64,000 nucleotides of DNA from Phycisphaerae bacterium (GTDB lineage: Bacteria > Planctomycetota > Phycisphaerae > Tepidisphaerales > Tepidisphaeraceae). The DNA is taken from contig BPJO01000003.1 in NCBI GenBank assembly GCA_026004655.1, positions 122,254 through 186,253 on the forward strand. Direction: 5' to 3'. The stretch's first letter is position 1; the number at the start of each line of letters is the position of its first letter. The notes beneath the pieces are model-generated. The model saw only the letters and a list, made by a program, of their open reading frames with translations, did no database searches and was not told where the DNA came from. The position numbers and the translations under genes are program-made. This document shows positions 10,535-21,800 of the stretch, in pieces.

Positions 10535-13030
10535 GTGACCTTCATGTTACCAGCGTTAAGACAACGTCTGCGGATGGACCTGGATTGGCGATTTTGTTTA
10601 GGAGACCTCGAGACACCACTGGCCAACACACACATCGCAGCCTACATGAATAACAAAGCCGGTTGGGCAAGAGGTCCGGCTCGTGGGCCTTATGATGATT
10701 CCGACTGGCGACAAATCAGACTACCTCATGATTGGTCAGTTGAAGGACCGTTCTCTCCCGACCATCATCTCAACGCAGGCTATTTACCCCGCGGCAAGGC
10801 TTGGTACAGACGCCATTTTAAGCTGGATGAGCAGGACCGTGGGAAGCGTCTGATCCTTGAGTTTGACGGAGTCTCCACTTTCTGCATCGTTTACGTCAAT
10901 GGGCATCTGCTGCACCGGCAGTTTTGCGGATATACCCCGTTTTCAGTCGATTTTACGGATGTTGCTCACTTCGGAACTCAGCTCAACACCGTTGCCGTCA
11001 AGGTGGATGCGACTTATATGGAGGGGTGGTGGTACGAAGGAGCGGGCATCTATCGGCATGTTTACCTACACAAAAAACCGCCTGTTCATATTGACGATAT
11101 TCAAGTCATTTCAAACCCGACCTCACAAAACCAGGCAGAGATTGTCGTCAAGACCACCCTCATCAATACGACTGATCAGGACGTACCTATCTTTGTTCGG
11201 ACGAAGATTGGATCTCTCGTCACTGAGGATTCTGCGGTAATATCACTTTCTCGGTGCTCCACAGCGGTTGTCACTCAAACATTGCACTTATCCAACGTTC
11301 GGCGTTGGTCGGTCGATGAGCCGCATTTATATGGGTTGATGGCTGAGTTATATCAACCCAATCATACCCTTGTGGATCATTGTCAGACCCGTTTTGGTGT
11401 TCGGACGATTCGGTTCGATCCGCAGAGAGGTTTTTTCCTGAATGGGAATCATTTATTGTTGAAAGGGGTTTGCATTCACCAGGATCATGCCGGGGTGGGA
11501 GTGGCGGTACCGGATACGATTCAACGATTTCGTATTCAACGTTTGAAAGAAATGGGTTGCAACGCCATTCGGCCCGGCCATCACCCGCTGGCCCCGGAAG
11601 TCATGGACGCCTGCGACGAGGTCGGAATGCTGGTTTTGGGGGAAAATCGTAATTTCGGTTCGTCGCCCGAACATCTTCATCAGCTCCAAGCCATGATCCG
11701 ACGAGACAGAAATCGTCCGTGTGTGTTGGCTTGGTGTTTGTGCAATGAGGAACCGATCCAGACCACCCCGATCGCCAAAAACATCGCCCGAACGATGGCG
11801 CATCACGCACGGCAGCTCGATCCGACTCGTCCGATCACCGTCGCCATGAGCGGGGGATTGCTGAACGACGATTCCATGGCCGATGTCGTAGACGTCATGG
11901 GAATCAATTATCAGTTGTCTCAGCATGATGCGTTTCATGAAAAATACCCAGACCTGCCCGTTTTCCTCTCCGAAACCAACTGCACGTACGCCACTCGCGG
12001 CGAGGATCGGACGGACCCGGCTCATCACCGTTTTGCCGATCGAGATGTCGAGCACGCGCCTTGGGGAAGCACCGCTCGGACGGTCTGGGAGCACGTCCAG
12101 TCCCGTCCGTGGATTGCAGGGTATTTTGCGTGGACCGGGTTTGATTATCGGGGTGAACCTTCTCCCCATGAATGGCCGAGTGTTTTATCCCACTGGGGGA
12201 TCATGGATCTTTGCGGGTATCCCAAGCAGTCTTACTATCTCCACCGTCAGTGGTGGACCGGGGAATCCGGTTCTCCTCTACAGTTGCCAGAACGACTGAC
12301 GTTGGAAATCGATCCTGCCTTTAGCTCTCCCATCGTAGCCGACGGGCATTGCACCATTCCCGTCCGTGTTTCCAAGGCCGGGGACAATTCACTAATCCGG
12401 TTCGAAGTGACAGGACCCGCCCGGATTATTGGGGTAGGCAACGGGGACCCAACGTCTCACGAACCGGAACAAGCATCGGAACGGAAATTATTCCATGGTT
12501 TGGCGCAAGTCCTTGTGCAGACAACAGATACCCCAGGAGAGATCACAATCAAGGGGTACGGAAACGAAGTGGCCTGTTTGACAGTTGTTTCTCAGCCCAT
12601 TCCCGAATCGAATCAGGTCCCCCCAGCACCGGTGCGGTATCTGATCAGCGAATGGATGATGAGTCCGATCTTCTCAGCCAGGCCTGATCCTAACATGATT
12701 CCCGAAGCCTCGGACATGAACACGTGGGTGCGTGTCACCCCCGGTCCGAGTGCTTGTCAACCGTTCGAAAGGCAATCCGGATATGCGTTATACCGTGCGA
12801 CCGCCAAGTTACCGAAAAAGTTTCAACCGACCGGGGCCTTGCTCAAACTGCACGAAGTAACAGGGGATGTGGAAGTGTATATCGCAAATAACCTGGTTTC
12901 TGATCGACAGGGGCTTTACCCGATTCCACCCGGGGTTTCCCAAACCGTCGTATTGCTTGTTCGAGGCCGACACGGATGCGGTCTCAAACAGGCTGGCGAA
13001 ATTCTGTCGTTGGATTGCGCAGATTTATAA
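10535..13030 (+). CDS. Glycoside hydrolase family 2 (beta-galactosidase/beta-glucuronidase-like)
   Basis: 831-aa ORF with a GH2 sugar-binding N-domain (DWRFCLGD..., WRQIRLPHDW). The TIM barrel carries NAIRPGHHPLAPEVMDACDEVGMLVLGE and an acid/base-like WCLCNEEP motif. The start is GTG 10535 or ATG 10544. Confidence 0.8.
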   Translation: MTFMLPALRQRLRMDLDWRFCLGDLETPLANTHIAAYMNNKAGWARGPARGPYDDSDWRQIRLPHDWSVEGPFSPDHHLNAGYLPRGKAWYRRHFKLDEQDRGKRLILEFDGVSTFCIVYVNGHLLHRQFCGYTPFSVDFTDVAHFGTQLNTVAVKVDATYMEGWWYEGAGIYRHVYLHKKPPVHIDDIQVISNPTSQNQAEIVVKTTLINTTDQDVPIFVRTKIGSLVTEDSAVISLSRCSTAVVTQTLHLSNVRRWSVDEPHLYGLMAELYQPNHTLVDHCQTRFGVRTIRFDPQRGFFLNGNHLLLKGVCIHQDHAGVGVAVPDTIQRFRIQRLKEMGCNAIRPGHHPLAPEVMDACDEVGMLVLGENRNFGSSPEHLHQLQAMIRRDRNRPCVLAWCLCNEEPIQTTPIAKNIARTMAHHARQLDPTRPITVAMSGGLLNDDSMADVVDVMGINYQLSQHDAFHEKYPDLPVFLSETNCTYATRGEDRTDPAHHRFADRDVEHAPWGSTARTVWEHVQSRPWIAGYFAWTGFDYRGEPSPHEWPSVLSHWGIMDLCGYPKQSYYLHRQWWTGESGSPLQLPERLTLEIDPAFSSPIVADGHCTIPVRVSKAGDNSLIRFEVTGPARIIGVGNGDPTSHEPEQASERKLFHGLAQVLVQTTDTPGEITIKGYGNEVACLTVVSQPIPESNQVPPAPVRYLISEWMMSPIFSARPDPNMIPEASDMNTWVRVTPGPSACQPFERQSGYALYRATAKLPKKFQPTGALLKLHEVTGDVEVYIANNLVSDRQGLYPIPPGVSQTVVLLVRGRHGCGLKQAGEILSLDCADL

Positions 13031-13116
13031 AACTTTTACGCCCAATCGGACTGCTCTTTTGGGAGCCCCGGAGAAGATTAATCCGTACCGGTTTGAAAAC
13101 CGGAGGAGGCGCTATC

Positions 13117-14550
13117 GTGTCTGTAACGTTCTTTCCCAAAACACAACGTCCGATCACCTTGGGTGTCATTATCGGGAATCGGGATTTTTTCCCCGACGTT
13201 CTAGTCGGTGAAGCCAGGAACGACTTACAGAAACTCTTTTCCGAATTGGGAATACGATCTGTCATGTTGACCCCGGAGCAAACCAAACTCGGAGGAGTCG
13301 AAACATTTTCAGACGCCCGCAAGTGTGCAGAGCTGTTCATCGAAAATCGTTCGCTGATCGATGGTGTACTGGTCTGCCTGCCCAACTTCGGGGATGAAAA
13401 AGGGGTTACCGACACGTTAAAACTCAGCCGGTTGGATGTTCCGGTGTTGGTTCAAGGATACCCTGATGACCTGAGCTTGCTGGGTGTAGAACGTCGTCGC
13501 GACGCGTTTTGCGGGAAGATTTCAGTCTGCAACAATCTCAAACAGGCTCGTATCCCGTTTACGTTGACATCCCGTCATGTTGTGCACCCATCGGATCCGA
13601 CGTTTCGAGCAGATTTAAGTCGGTTTGTTGCGGTGTGTCGGACGGTCCGAGGGTTGCGTGGGGCAAGATTCGGCGCTGTCGGTGCAAGACCGGGGGCTTT
13701 TAATACGGTTCGATACAGCGAAAAAATTCTCGAATCATATGGGATTTCTGTTACGACGATCGATTTATCAGAGGTCTTGGGTCAAGCCGCCCGATTGAAA
13801 GAGTCCGATCCTCGACTGACTGCAAAGCTTTCTGAAATCAACGGTTATGCGCCCGCAGAGTCGGTTCCGAAGGACAAGCTGGTACAGATGGCGCGTCTGG
13901 GCGTAGTGCTCGATCAATTCGTTGAGGACAACGCTTTGGACGCCACTGCCATTCAGTGTTGGACCAGTCTCCAGGCCAACTGGGGTTGTAATGTCTGCAC
14001 GTGCATGAGCATGATGAGTGAGAAACTGTTGCCAAGCGCCTGTGAGGTGGACATCACCGGGGCGCTGAGCATGTATGCCTTGTCTTTGGCATCACAGCAA
14101 CCTAGTGCTCTGGTGGACTGGAACAACAATTATGGTTCGGACGAAGACAAGTGTGTCCTGTTTCACTGCGGGAATTGGCCCAAGGCATTTGCACCGGATA
14201 CGCGAATCGCCAACGCGCCGATTCTGGGTTCGACGTTGGGGGTTGAAAACACCTGGGGAGCGATGGAAGGTCGTACCCCGGCCGGGCCTTTGACGTACGC
14301 CCGTTTTACGACCGACGACACCCACGGGGTGATTCGCGGCTATGTCGGTGAAGGAAAGACCACGAATGACGAATTAAAAACCTTCGGACATCGTGCCGTT
14401 GCATACGTTCCACGGTTACAGTCACTGCTTCATTTCATTTGTGAAAACGGTTTTGAACACCACGTCGCGGTAAATCCGTCCGCCTGTAGCAAGATCATTG
14501 CCGAAGCCTGCGGGAAATATTTGGGGTGGCAAATGTATTCCCATGAGTAA
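13117..14550 (+). CDS. L-fucose/L-arabinose isomerase-family sugar isomerase
   Basis: Track ORF 12976..14550, trimmed to GTG 13117, which follows GGAGGAGG and removes the overlap with GH2. Features include ITLGVIIGNRDFFPD, SACEVDITGALSMYAL and FHCGNWP, with a size of ~477 aa. These are consistent with FucI-like isomerases as I remember them. Confidence 0.65.
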   Translation: MSVTFFPKTQRPITLGVIIGNRDFFPDVLVGEARNDLQKLFSELGIRSVMLTPEQTKLGGVETFSDARKCAELFIENRSLIDGVLVCLPNFGDEKGVTDTLKLSRLDVPVLVQGYPDDLSLLGVERRRDAFCGKISVCNNLKQARIPFTLTSRHVVHPSDPTFRADLSRFVAVCRTVRGLRGARFGAVGARPGAFNTVRYSEKILESYGISVTTIDLSEVLGQAARLKESDPRLTAKLSEINGYAPAESVPKDKLVQMARLGVVLDQFVEDNALDATAIQCWTSLQANWGCNVCTCMSMMSEKLLPSACEVDITGALSMYALSLASQQPSALVDWNNNYGSDEDKCVLFHCGNWPKAFAPDTRIANAPILGSTLGVENTWGAMEGRTPAGPLTYARFTTDDTHGVIRGYVGEGKTTNDELKTFGHRAVAYVPRLQSLLHFICENGFEHHVAVNPSACSKIIAEACGKYLGWQMYSHE

Positions 14551-14553
14551 TCT

Positions 14554-15393
14554 ATGACATACACGGACAAGCAACTGCAAATGAAATCGGTCGAGTACCG
14601 TCGCCGGATTCTCAAAGCTATCGCCCATGCCGGCGCAGGTCATACCGGAGGAAGTCTGTCCTGTGTAGATATTCTTAACGTCTTATACAATCGGGTTTTG
14701 CGGGTTGACCCTGCCAACCCCACCGACCCCACGCGAGACCGGTACATTCAAAGCAAAGGTCATTCGGTCGAAGCGTTGTTCGTGGTCCTGGCGGATCGCG
14801 GGTTTTATGACCAATCGCTTCTTGAGACCTTGTGTCAATACCGGTCGCATTTTGTCGGGCATCCGACACGAAAAGTACCCGGCGTGGAGTTCAATACCGG
14901 CGCTTTGGGTCACGGATTGTCGCTGGGGGTGGGATGCGCACTTGCGAGCAAAAAAGACCTTGCCGACTTCCGGACGTATGTCTTACTCGGGGACGGAGAA
15001 CTCGCAGAGGGATCCAACTGGGAAGCCGCCATGTCCGCTGCTCATTATCGACTGGATAACCTGATTGCTATCGTCGATCACAATACCCTTCAGATTACCG
15101 GTCGAACACGGGACGTTTGCAGTAATGAGCCTTTGGATGAAAAGTGGCAAGCCTTCGGCTGGGAGGTTCGAACCATCGACGGGCACTGCATTGCTCAAAT
15201 CACTGAAGCATTAACGCGACCTTCAAAAGGTTCGCCGGTGTGCATAATTGCCAACACCCGAAAAGGCAAAGGGGTCAGTTTCATGGAAGACGTCGGCAAA
15301 TGGCATCACGGGGTTCCGACTGACAAGGAATTACAGATGGCGTTACAGGAACTGGATCTGGCATTTGCTGAACTGGAATCGGGGGTGAACTGA
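14554..15393 (+). CDS. Transketolase, N-terminal (TPP-binding) subunit of a split transketolase
   Basis: 279 aa. Motifs: GHTGGSLSCVDIL, GHSVEALF and the TPP motif GDGELAEGSNWEA. Its stop overlaps the next start by 1 nt (TGATG). Confidence 0.85.
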   Translation: MTYTDKQLQMKSVEYRRRILKAIAHAGAGHTGGSLSCVDILNVLYNRVLRVDPANPTDPTRDRYIQSKGHSVEALFVVLADRGFYDQSLLETLCQYRSHFVGHPTRKVPGVEFNTGALGHGLSLGVGCALASKKDLADFRTYVLLGDGELAEGSNWEAAMSAAHYRLDNLIAIVDHNTLQITGRTRDVCSNEPLDEKWQAFGWEVRTIDGHCIAQITEALTRPSKGSPVCIIANTRKGKGVSFMEDVGKWHHGVPTDKELQMALQELDLAFAELESGVN

Positions 15394-16391
15394 TGAGTGC
15401 ACCTGCGCCTTCGATGTTCAGTCCCCAAGCGAGTGAAATGGCCAAATCACTGGGTTTGAAACCAGGAAAAGCCAATCTTGAACAATTCGCCGACACCTTG
15501 ACTCTTCTTGCCCGGAAAGACCGTCGTATTTTGGCGGTGACCAGCGACTCGCGGGGCAGCGGCAAGCTCGGACCTTACGGACAGGAGCTACCCGATCAGA
15601 TCGTCGAGGTGGGCATTGCTGAGCAAAACCTTGTCGGTGTGGCAGCCGGTCTGGCATCGTGCGGGAAAAAAGTCTTTGCGGTGTCGCCAGCCTGCTTTTT
15701 GGCAACCCGGGCACTGGAACAGATCAAAAACGACGTCTGCTACTCGGACATGCCTGTAGCCTTGATCGGAATCAGCGCGGGGGTGAGCTATGGTGCACTG
15801 GGAACGACGCACCATTCCCTCCACGATTTTGCCGCTCTTCGTGCGATCAATAACCTGTCTATCCTTGCTCCCGGAGATAATGCCGAATCCCGACTGGCCA
15901 TCGAATATGCCGCCCGGTCTGAGCATCCGGTATATGTCCGTTTCGGAAAAGCCCCGTTGTATGACCTTCCTGCGTCTGAATCTCTTCAAGTGGGTCAGGC
16001 CAGGGTTTTACGAAACGGATCGGATCTGGCTTTTATCGCTACCGGGGAAACGGTCATTCATGCTCTTTTGGCCGCGGAGCACCTTGCCGTGTTTCATCAG
16101 ATTCAGACCCGTGTAATCAGTCTACATACCCTTCGGCCGCTGGATAGCGAATCGATTCTACAGGCTGCCCGACAGTGCAGGGCCGTTATCACTGTCGAAG
16201 AACACATGGTTCATGGAGGATTGGGAGAAGCCGTTGCAGGGCTTGTGTTGCAAAGCGGACTTAAACCCCGATTCCGAATCGTTGGCATCCCTGACGAGTA
16301 TACGGTTACCGGTGCGCAGGCGGATATTTTCCGGCATTACGGGATCAGCATGGAAGGTTTGTCACAAACCGCCCGTCAACTGCTCGCCTGA
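15393..16391 (+). CDS. Transketolase, C-terminal (pyrimidine-binding) subunit
   Basis: 332 aa. Motifs: VEVGIAEQNLVGVAAGLA, GTTHHSLHDFAALRAINNL and TVEEHMVHGGLG. Confidence 0.85.
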   Translation: MSAPAPSMFSPQASEMAKSLGLKPGKANLEQFADTLTLLARKDRRILAVTSDSRGSGKLGPYGQELPDQIVEVGIAEQNLVGVAAGLASCGKKVFAVSPACFLATRALEQIKNDVCYSDMPVALIGISAGVSYGALGTTHHSLHDFAALRAINNLSILAPGDNAESRLAIEYAARSEHPVYVRFGKAPLYDLPASESLQVGQARVLRNGSDLAFIATGETVIHALLAAEHLAVFHQIQTRVISLHTLRPLDSESILQAARQCRAVITVEEHMVHGGLGEAVAGLVLQSGLKPRFRIVGIPDEYTVTGAQADIFRHYGISMEGLSQTARQLLA

Positions 16392-16399
16392 GGAGTGGC

Positions 16400-17872
16400 A
16401 TGTATCTTTCGATCGATCAAAGTACTTCGGGAACCAAAGCGATCCTGTTTGACGTTTCCGGACGGGCTGTTGCGCGGGCTTCACAGGAACACCGACAAAT
16501 CTACCCCCAGCCCGGATGGGTCGAACACGATCTTGAAGAAATATGGAGCAACCTTTTAACCATCGTTCGGGAGATTCGGGAGCAGTTTCCTGAAGCCGTG
16601 AAAAAACTGCAGACCGTGTCGATCACCAATCAGCGTGAAACGATCTGCGTTTTCGATAAAAAAACCGGCCGACCACTGCACCACGCGATGGTCTGGCAGT
16701 GCAGACGGGGTGAACTCATTTGCCAACAGTGGAAACACGACGGATTGGAAACCGAGATTCGGTCTAAAACCGGTTTGCGGGCGGATGCTTACTTCTCGGC
16801 ATCAAAGTTAGCGTGGTTGACCCGAAATCATTCTGCATTGAAAGAACAGCTCCATCACGGTGATGCGCTTGTCGGAACGATTGACACTTACCTGATTTAT
16901 CGTCTGACTCGTGGGAAGGTTTATGCGACCGATCACACCAACGCCAGTCGTACGTTGCTGTACGATATTTACAAACTCACATGGGACAAGACGTTGTGTG
17001 AGCTGGTGGGATTGAAAGCCGACTCACTACCGGGGGTGTACGATTCATCCGGGTATTACGGTACGACGGATATGGAAGGAATCTTGGATCAGCCCGTCCC
17101 GATCGTGGGAGTTATAGGGGATTCTCAGGCATCATTGTTTGCCGGGGGGTGTGAGAAACCGGGACAAACCAAAGCCACGCTGGGCACCGGTACTTCGGTG
17201 ATGACCACCGTGGGTTCGAACCCACCTTCGCGTTGCCGAGGAACAGTTGCAGCCTTGGCATGGACACACCAATCACAACCGACCTACGCGGTCGAAGGAA
17301 TCATTCACAGCTCGGCTGCTACAATCGAATGGTTGAAAAATCAGCTGGGACTTTTCAAATCGGCTGACGAGTGCGAAACCCTGGCCAAAACCGTTCCGGA
17401 CAACGGGGGGGTTTATTTGGTCCCAGCCTTTGGTGGTCTAGGAGCACCTCATTGGGTTCCCGAAGCCAGAGCAGCCATTGTGGGATTGTCAACCCACTCA
17501 ACCCGGGCACACGTGGCCAGAGCAGCAATCGAATCCATCGCGTATCAGATCGCCGATGTCTTAGATCTAATCCGAGTGGAATCCGGAGTAACACCTACAG
17601 TGCTAAGAATAGATGGTGGCGCTTCCAGAAACCGTATGCTGCTACAGATGATTGCCGATATCACAAACCTTCCCTTGACTGTCGCGGGAATGTCTGATGG
17701 ATCCGCATTGGGCGCAGCCATGATGGGAGCCTGGGGGACCGGCAAACCAATGGCTCATCCGGAGACGGATCAAACCATCATTTGCCCCTCCGAAAATCGG
17801 GACAAGACATCCCGGATTCGAGAAGGATGGTTCCGGGCAGTCAAACAGGTTCTGGTCGGTCAAGACGGATAA
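16400..17872 (+). CDS. FGGY-family carbohydrate kinase (glycerol-kinase-like)
   Basis: 490 aa. The N-terminus LSIDQSTSGTKAILFD, the segment ITNQRETICVFD and GGASRNRMLLQMIADI are typical FGGY signatures. Confidence 0.85.
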   Translation: MYLSIDQSTSGTKAILFDVSGRAVARASQEHRQIYPQPGWVEHDLEEIWSNLLTIVREIREQFPEAVKKLQTVSITNQRETICVFDKKTGRPLHHAMVWQCRRGELICQQWKHDGLETEIRSKTGLRADAYFSASKLAWLTRNHSALKEQLHHGDALVGTIDTYLIYRLTRGKVYATDHTNASRTLLYDIYKLTWDKTLCELVGLKADSLPGVYDSSGYYGTTDMEGILDQPVPIVGVIGDSQASLFAGGCEKPGQTKATLGTGTSVMTTVGSNPPSRCRGTVAALAWTHQSQPTYAVEGIIHSSAATIEWLKNQLGLFKSADECETLAKTVPDNGGVYLVPAFGGLGAPHWVPEARAAIVGLSTHSTRAHVARAAIESIAYQIADVLDLIRVESGVTPTVLRIDGGASRNRMLLQMIADITNLPLTVAGMSDGSALGAAMMGAWGTGKPMAHPETDQTIICPSENRDKTSRIREGWFRAVKQVLVGQDG

Positions 17873-17883
17873 GGGAATCAGAA

Positions 17884-18861
17884 ATGTCTATCACAGAATC
17901 GCAGATGCGGGCGGTTTATGAGCAAGCCAAAACCCCCTATAAACTGGGTGTGATCATCAAACCGGAAGGTCCGGATGATCTGGTGGATTGTCCGAGCGTG
18001 TTTCGACACGGACAGGCATGGTACATGATCTATGCCGCCAGTCGAGGGAAAATCGGTTATGAAACCAAACTAGCCCGAAGTCAGGACCTGATCCATTGGG
18101 AAACGCTCGGAACGATCCTTCCATTCCGACAGGGAGCCTGGGACTGTTGGCAGGCCGACGGGGGAGTGGCTTTGATCGATCCAGAATGGGGAGGAACTCA
18201 TCAACTCCAGAAACACAACGATCATTACTGGCTAAGCTATCTCGGGGGAGCACTTCAGGGGTATGAAACCGATCCCCTATCCATTGGTGTTGCCTATACG
18301 AATGATCCTACAACTGCTCAGGAATGGAATCGTTTCGATCGACCGGTCTTGTCTCGCGAAGACCCGGATGTACGAGATTTTGAAAAGGCCACTCTCTATA
18401 AAAGCAATATCATCCGCGATCCCAAACGACAATTGGGATATGAGTTTGTCATGTTTTACAACGGCAAACAGGCAGGGAAAGTAGGAACCGAACGGATCGG
18501 AATGGCTGTGAGCAACACGATGACCGAATGGAAGCGATTTGGTTCCGGTCCTGTTATTGATAACGGTCCGCGTGGAATCAGCGGTGACCCGCAAATCGTC
18601 CGAATGGGAAACCTGTGGGTGATGTTCTATTTCGGACATGTCTGGAAACCAAAGGCATTTGACACATTTGCGGTCTCTGAGGATCTGGTGAACTGGACAT
18701 TATGGCAGGGACCTCACCTGATCGAGCCCAGTGAACCGTATGACAACACCTTTGCTCATAAACCTTGGCTGATCAAGCATGACGGAGTGGTTTATCACTT
18801 CTATTGTGCAGTCGGGAATCAGGGACGGTGTATTGCCTTAGCCACGAGCAAGAAAATCTAA
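17884..18861 (+). CDS. Five-bladed beta-propeller glycosidase/phosphorylase-like protein (GH43/GH130 clan-like)
   Basis: Track ORF 17782..18861, trimmed to ATG 17884 (MSITESQ) to remove the overlap with the kinase. Repeated blade-like motifs (CPSVFRHGQAWYMIYAA, IGVAYTNDP, FVMFYNG, IGMAVSNTMTEWKR, WVMFYFG, VYHFYCAV) fit this clan. Confidence 0.55.
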   Translation: MSITESQMRAVYEQAKTPYKLGVIIKPEGPDDLVDCPSVFRHGQAWYMIYAASRGKIGYETKLARSQDLIHWETLGTILPFRQGAWDCWQADGGVALIDPEWGGTHQLQKHNDHYWLSYLGGALQGYETDPLSIGVAYTNDPTTAQEWNRFDRPVLSREDPDVRDFEKATLYKSNIIRDPKRQLGYEFVMFYNGKQAGKVGTERIGMAVSNTMTEWKRFGSGPVIDNGPRGISGDPQIVRMGNLWVMFYFGHVWKPKAFDTFAVSEDLVNWTLWQGPHLIEPSEPYDNTFAHKPWLIKHDGVVYHFYCAVGNQGRCIALATSKKI

Positions 18862-18864
18862 AAC

Positions 18865-21800
18865 ATGACAGCAACCGAGTTTTTATCGCAATTTGTTGAT
18901 CCTGATCCTCGATTCGGACCAATCCCGGCTTGGTGGTGGAGCGGCGATAAGCTGTCCTGGGATCGGATGCAATGGCAAATGGACCAGATGTTCGGGATGG
19001 GAATTCGCAATCTGGTCATCATTAACCTCGCTCCCAACGGTACCCTCTTTGCCTCCGAGCCGGATGACCCACCTTTCCTATCGGAATTGTGGTGGGATTA
19101 TTTTCGAAAAACCTGCGATTACGCAGCCCAAAAAGGGATGAAGATCCTTTTCTATGACCAGATCGGGTTCAGTGGTGCAAACTTTCAAGCGGATCTAATT
19201 GCATCGAATCCGCAGTTCTCCGCGTTGCAGCTCAAACGACTTTCGGTAGAGGGTCATGGTCGGTTATCTCTGCAATGTCCCGGGGCTGGGCAACCCCTGG
19301 CTGCGTATCTGGTAAAAGATTCTTCGGTACAATACGTGGAACTGGAAAAAGACAAATCGGTTGTCGTTCATACCGATGTTCATGCCAAGCTGTCATTGGT
19401 TTACACCGTCCGACAAGGATTTGATCTTTTTTCTGTTCCTGCCTGTCAGGCTTTGTTGGATACCGTGCACCGTCAATTCGAAAAACGCTTACCCGACCAT
19501 ATTGGAAAAACAATCATCGGGAGCTTCCAGGACGAACTTCCAGAATTACCCACATGGGGAGTTGATTTTGCAGAATCGTTCAAACAAACCTACGGTTACG
19601 ATTTGCCAAGTGTAATTCATCGTCTGTTCGAACCCGGCGATGATCAATCCCGACTTACCCGGATTCATTATCACTCACATCGGGCACAACGGGCAGAGAG
19701 ATCGTTTTTCAAGCCGTTTTATGAATGGCACGAATCCCACGGGATGGCTTGTGGGTTTGATCAACAAAGCCCCGCCCGGGAAGCCCGTGTTCTAGGATGT
19801 ACTCAGAAATATGCAGACTACATGCGTGTGCATCAATGGTACGGCATGCCGGGCTGTGATTTGCACGGGAACGGAAAACTGCATTCTTCTATTGCGCATC
19901 TGCATCGTCGCAAACGTGTCTGGTTGGAAGGATTTCATTCCACCGGATGGGGAGGCACGATCGCCGATACGTTTGACTGGCTTTTGCCTTATCTTCGGTC
20001 AGGATCCAATTTATATAACCCTCACGCGATTTATTATTCCACCCGAAAGGGATGGTGGGAGTGGGCACCTCCGAGCACCTGTTGGCGTCAACCTTATGCC
20101 ATGCATTACAAACCCTTTGCGGAGATGATCGCACGGCTATGCAAACTGCTTACCCAAGGAGTTCATCAAGCAACCGCGGGAGTTCTTTTCCCGACAACAA
20201 CGGTCCAGAGTGCACTCGGACCTTGGGAAGGATTTGATGAAGCTAAACAAACCGATCAGGTGCTTCATGAGACGATCGGTTCAATGCGCTGGCATCAGGA
20301 AAAGATCGGACCTTTAGACGAAATCGGAATCGACTACCATTTGCTAAACGATCAGGCTATTGCGTCGGCAACTCTCACCGGCGACCGGCTGGATGTCGCC
20401 GGAACGTTATTGCAAGTTATTATTTTACCAAAGGTTACAGCCATTGATGCCCGTGCAGCCGATAAGCTCATCGGGTTTGCCCGTCAAGGCGGAAAAATCA
20501 TTTCCATCAACAGCGCCCGTGCACTGACCACACAAGGACAATGGATCGAATGGTCTGACATCGGGACAGTCATTCAGCATGCAGACCAACTCAAAGACCT
20601 GCTACAGTCGATCGATCGACCCTTCCGGGCTCCGGTCCAAGTGATGCACCGTAAAATATCAGAAGACCTAGACCTGCTCTTTGTTCCTGCCATCACAGGA
20701 ATGGCCACGGTCGTCAAATGGCCCGGATGGTTTGAAAAAATGGAGCACACCACAATCGTCTCGGATCGTTACGCCAAAGAATTGCTCCTCCAGCTCCCTG
20801 AGCCTTGTCGGGTATTTCGTTTTGATCCGACGGACGGATCGATCCGATCATTGTCGGTCAATAACACACAGTTCACAATCGATTTCGAGGGTTGTCCCTT
20901 TGCGGTTTTGGTCGTTGAACGACAATCATCTTCGCAGACGGATGTCCGAATCCAACCTAAACCCCATCGAAACCTCCCCAATGAGTGGCAGGTTTTTTAT
21001 CATCCGACTTTACCTCAGGAATTTGTTGATACGCACGACCCTCTTCGTCCTGAGCTGTGTTGGCCTCACACAACCGAGTTTTCGTGGGAAATGACTCCCG
21101 AGGATCGGTCTGCCGGATTGCGTAAACCCGAAGCGGTTCTGTCCGGTTTTGGTGGACGTGCCTGGAAAAAATCGGACAAAACCGATCGCGAGCCGGTGAT
21201 CTATTCACCCGAGTTTGGTATTGCCCAGGATCGGCTGCACATTCATACCTTAGGTCCCAAGGGACATGTTCCGGAAGAGTTCATTGATCTGGGTAAGATT
21301 TCTCCGGATGATCCCGTGACGGTTCATGTTGCGATGGAAATTGAAAAGCCTCAAAAAGCCATTCTGATGGTCGGTTCGTCTGCGCGAAAGCATGCTCGTC
21401 TGAACGGGAAAGAGGTGGGGTCCTGTATTGACCGATATCAGTGGGTGACAGATCCATTATCACTCGAATCCGGGAGAAATGAATTACAACTCACCCTTGC
21501 AGTGGCGAAAGAACAGAATGTCCGTCTCTGGTGGTGTTGGGTTGATCCCCAACGAGTCACCGAATGTGTTCGTCCGGAACGGATCTGGTTGGATGCTACC
21601 CCCGTTTTCGGAACTAAAATCCTTTACCGAAGGGTCTTTGACTGTGCGACGACACTAACGGACGGACAGGTTAAGGTATCGGTTGCTGCCCTGGCCAAGG
21701 TGTGGTTGGACGGGAAACTGATTGGACAGCAAGGGGGATGTGACCCGTATCGCCCGATGATGCGGGGTAATGTTTACAAACTTCCGGAACTTTCTCCGGG

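Noticed and set aside
12976-13116. Upstream extensions of track ORFs: isomerase from 12976, beta-helix protein from 4869, beta-propeller protein from 17782, PL1 from 26053, primase from 60476, hisA from 36163
   Set aside because: The extensions overlap the preceding genes and encode basic, low-complexity peptides. Internal starts have Shine-Dalgarno-like sequences and/or begin a signal peptide or a conserved N-terminus.
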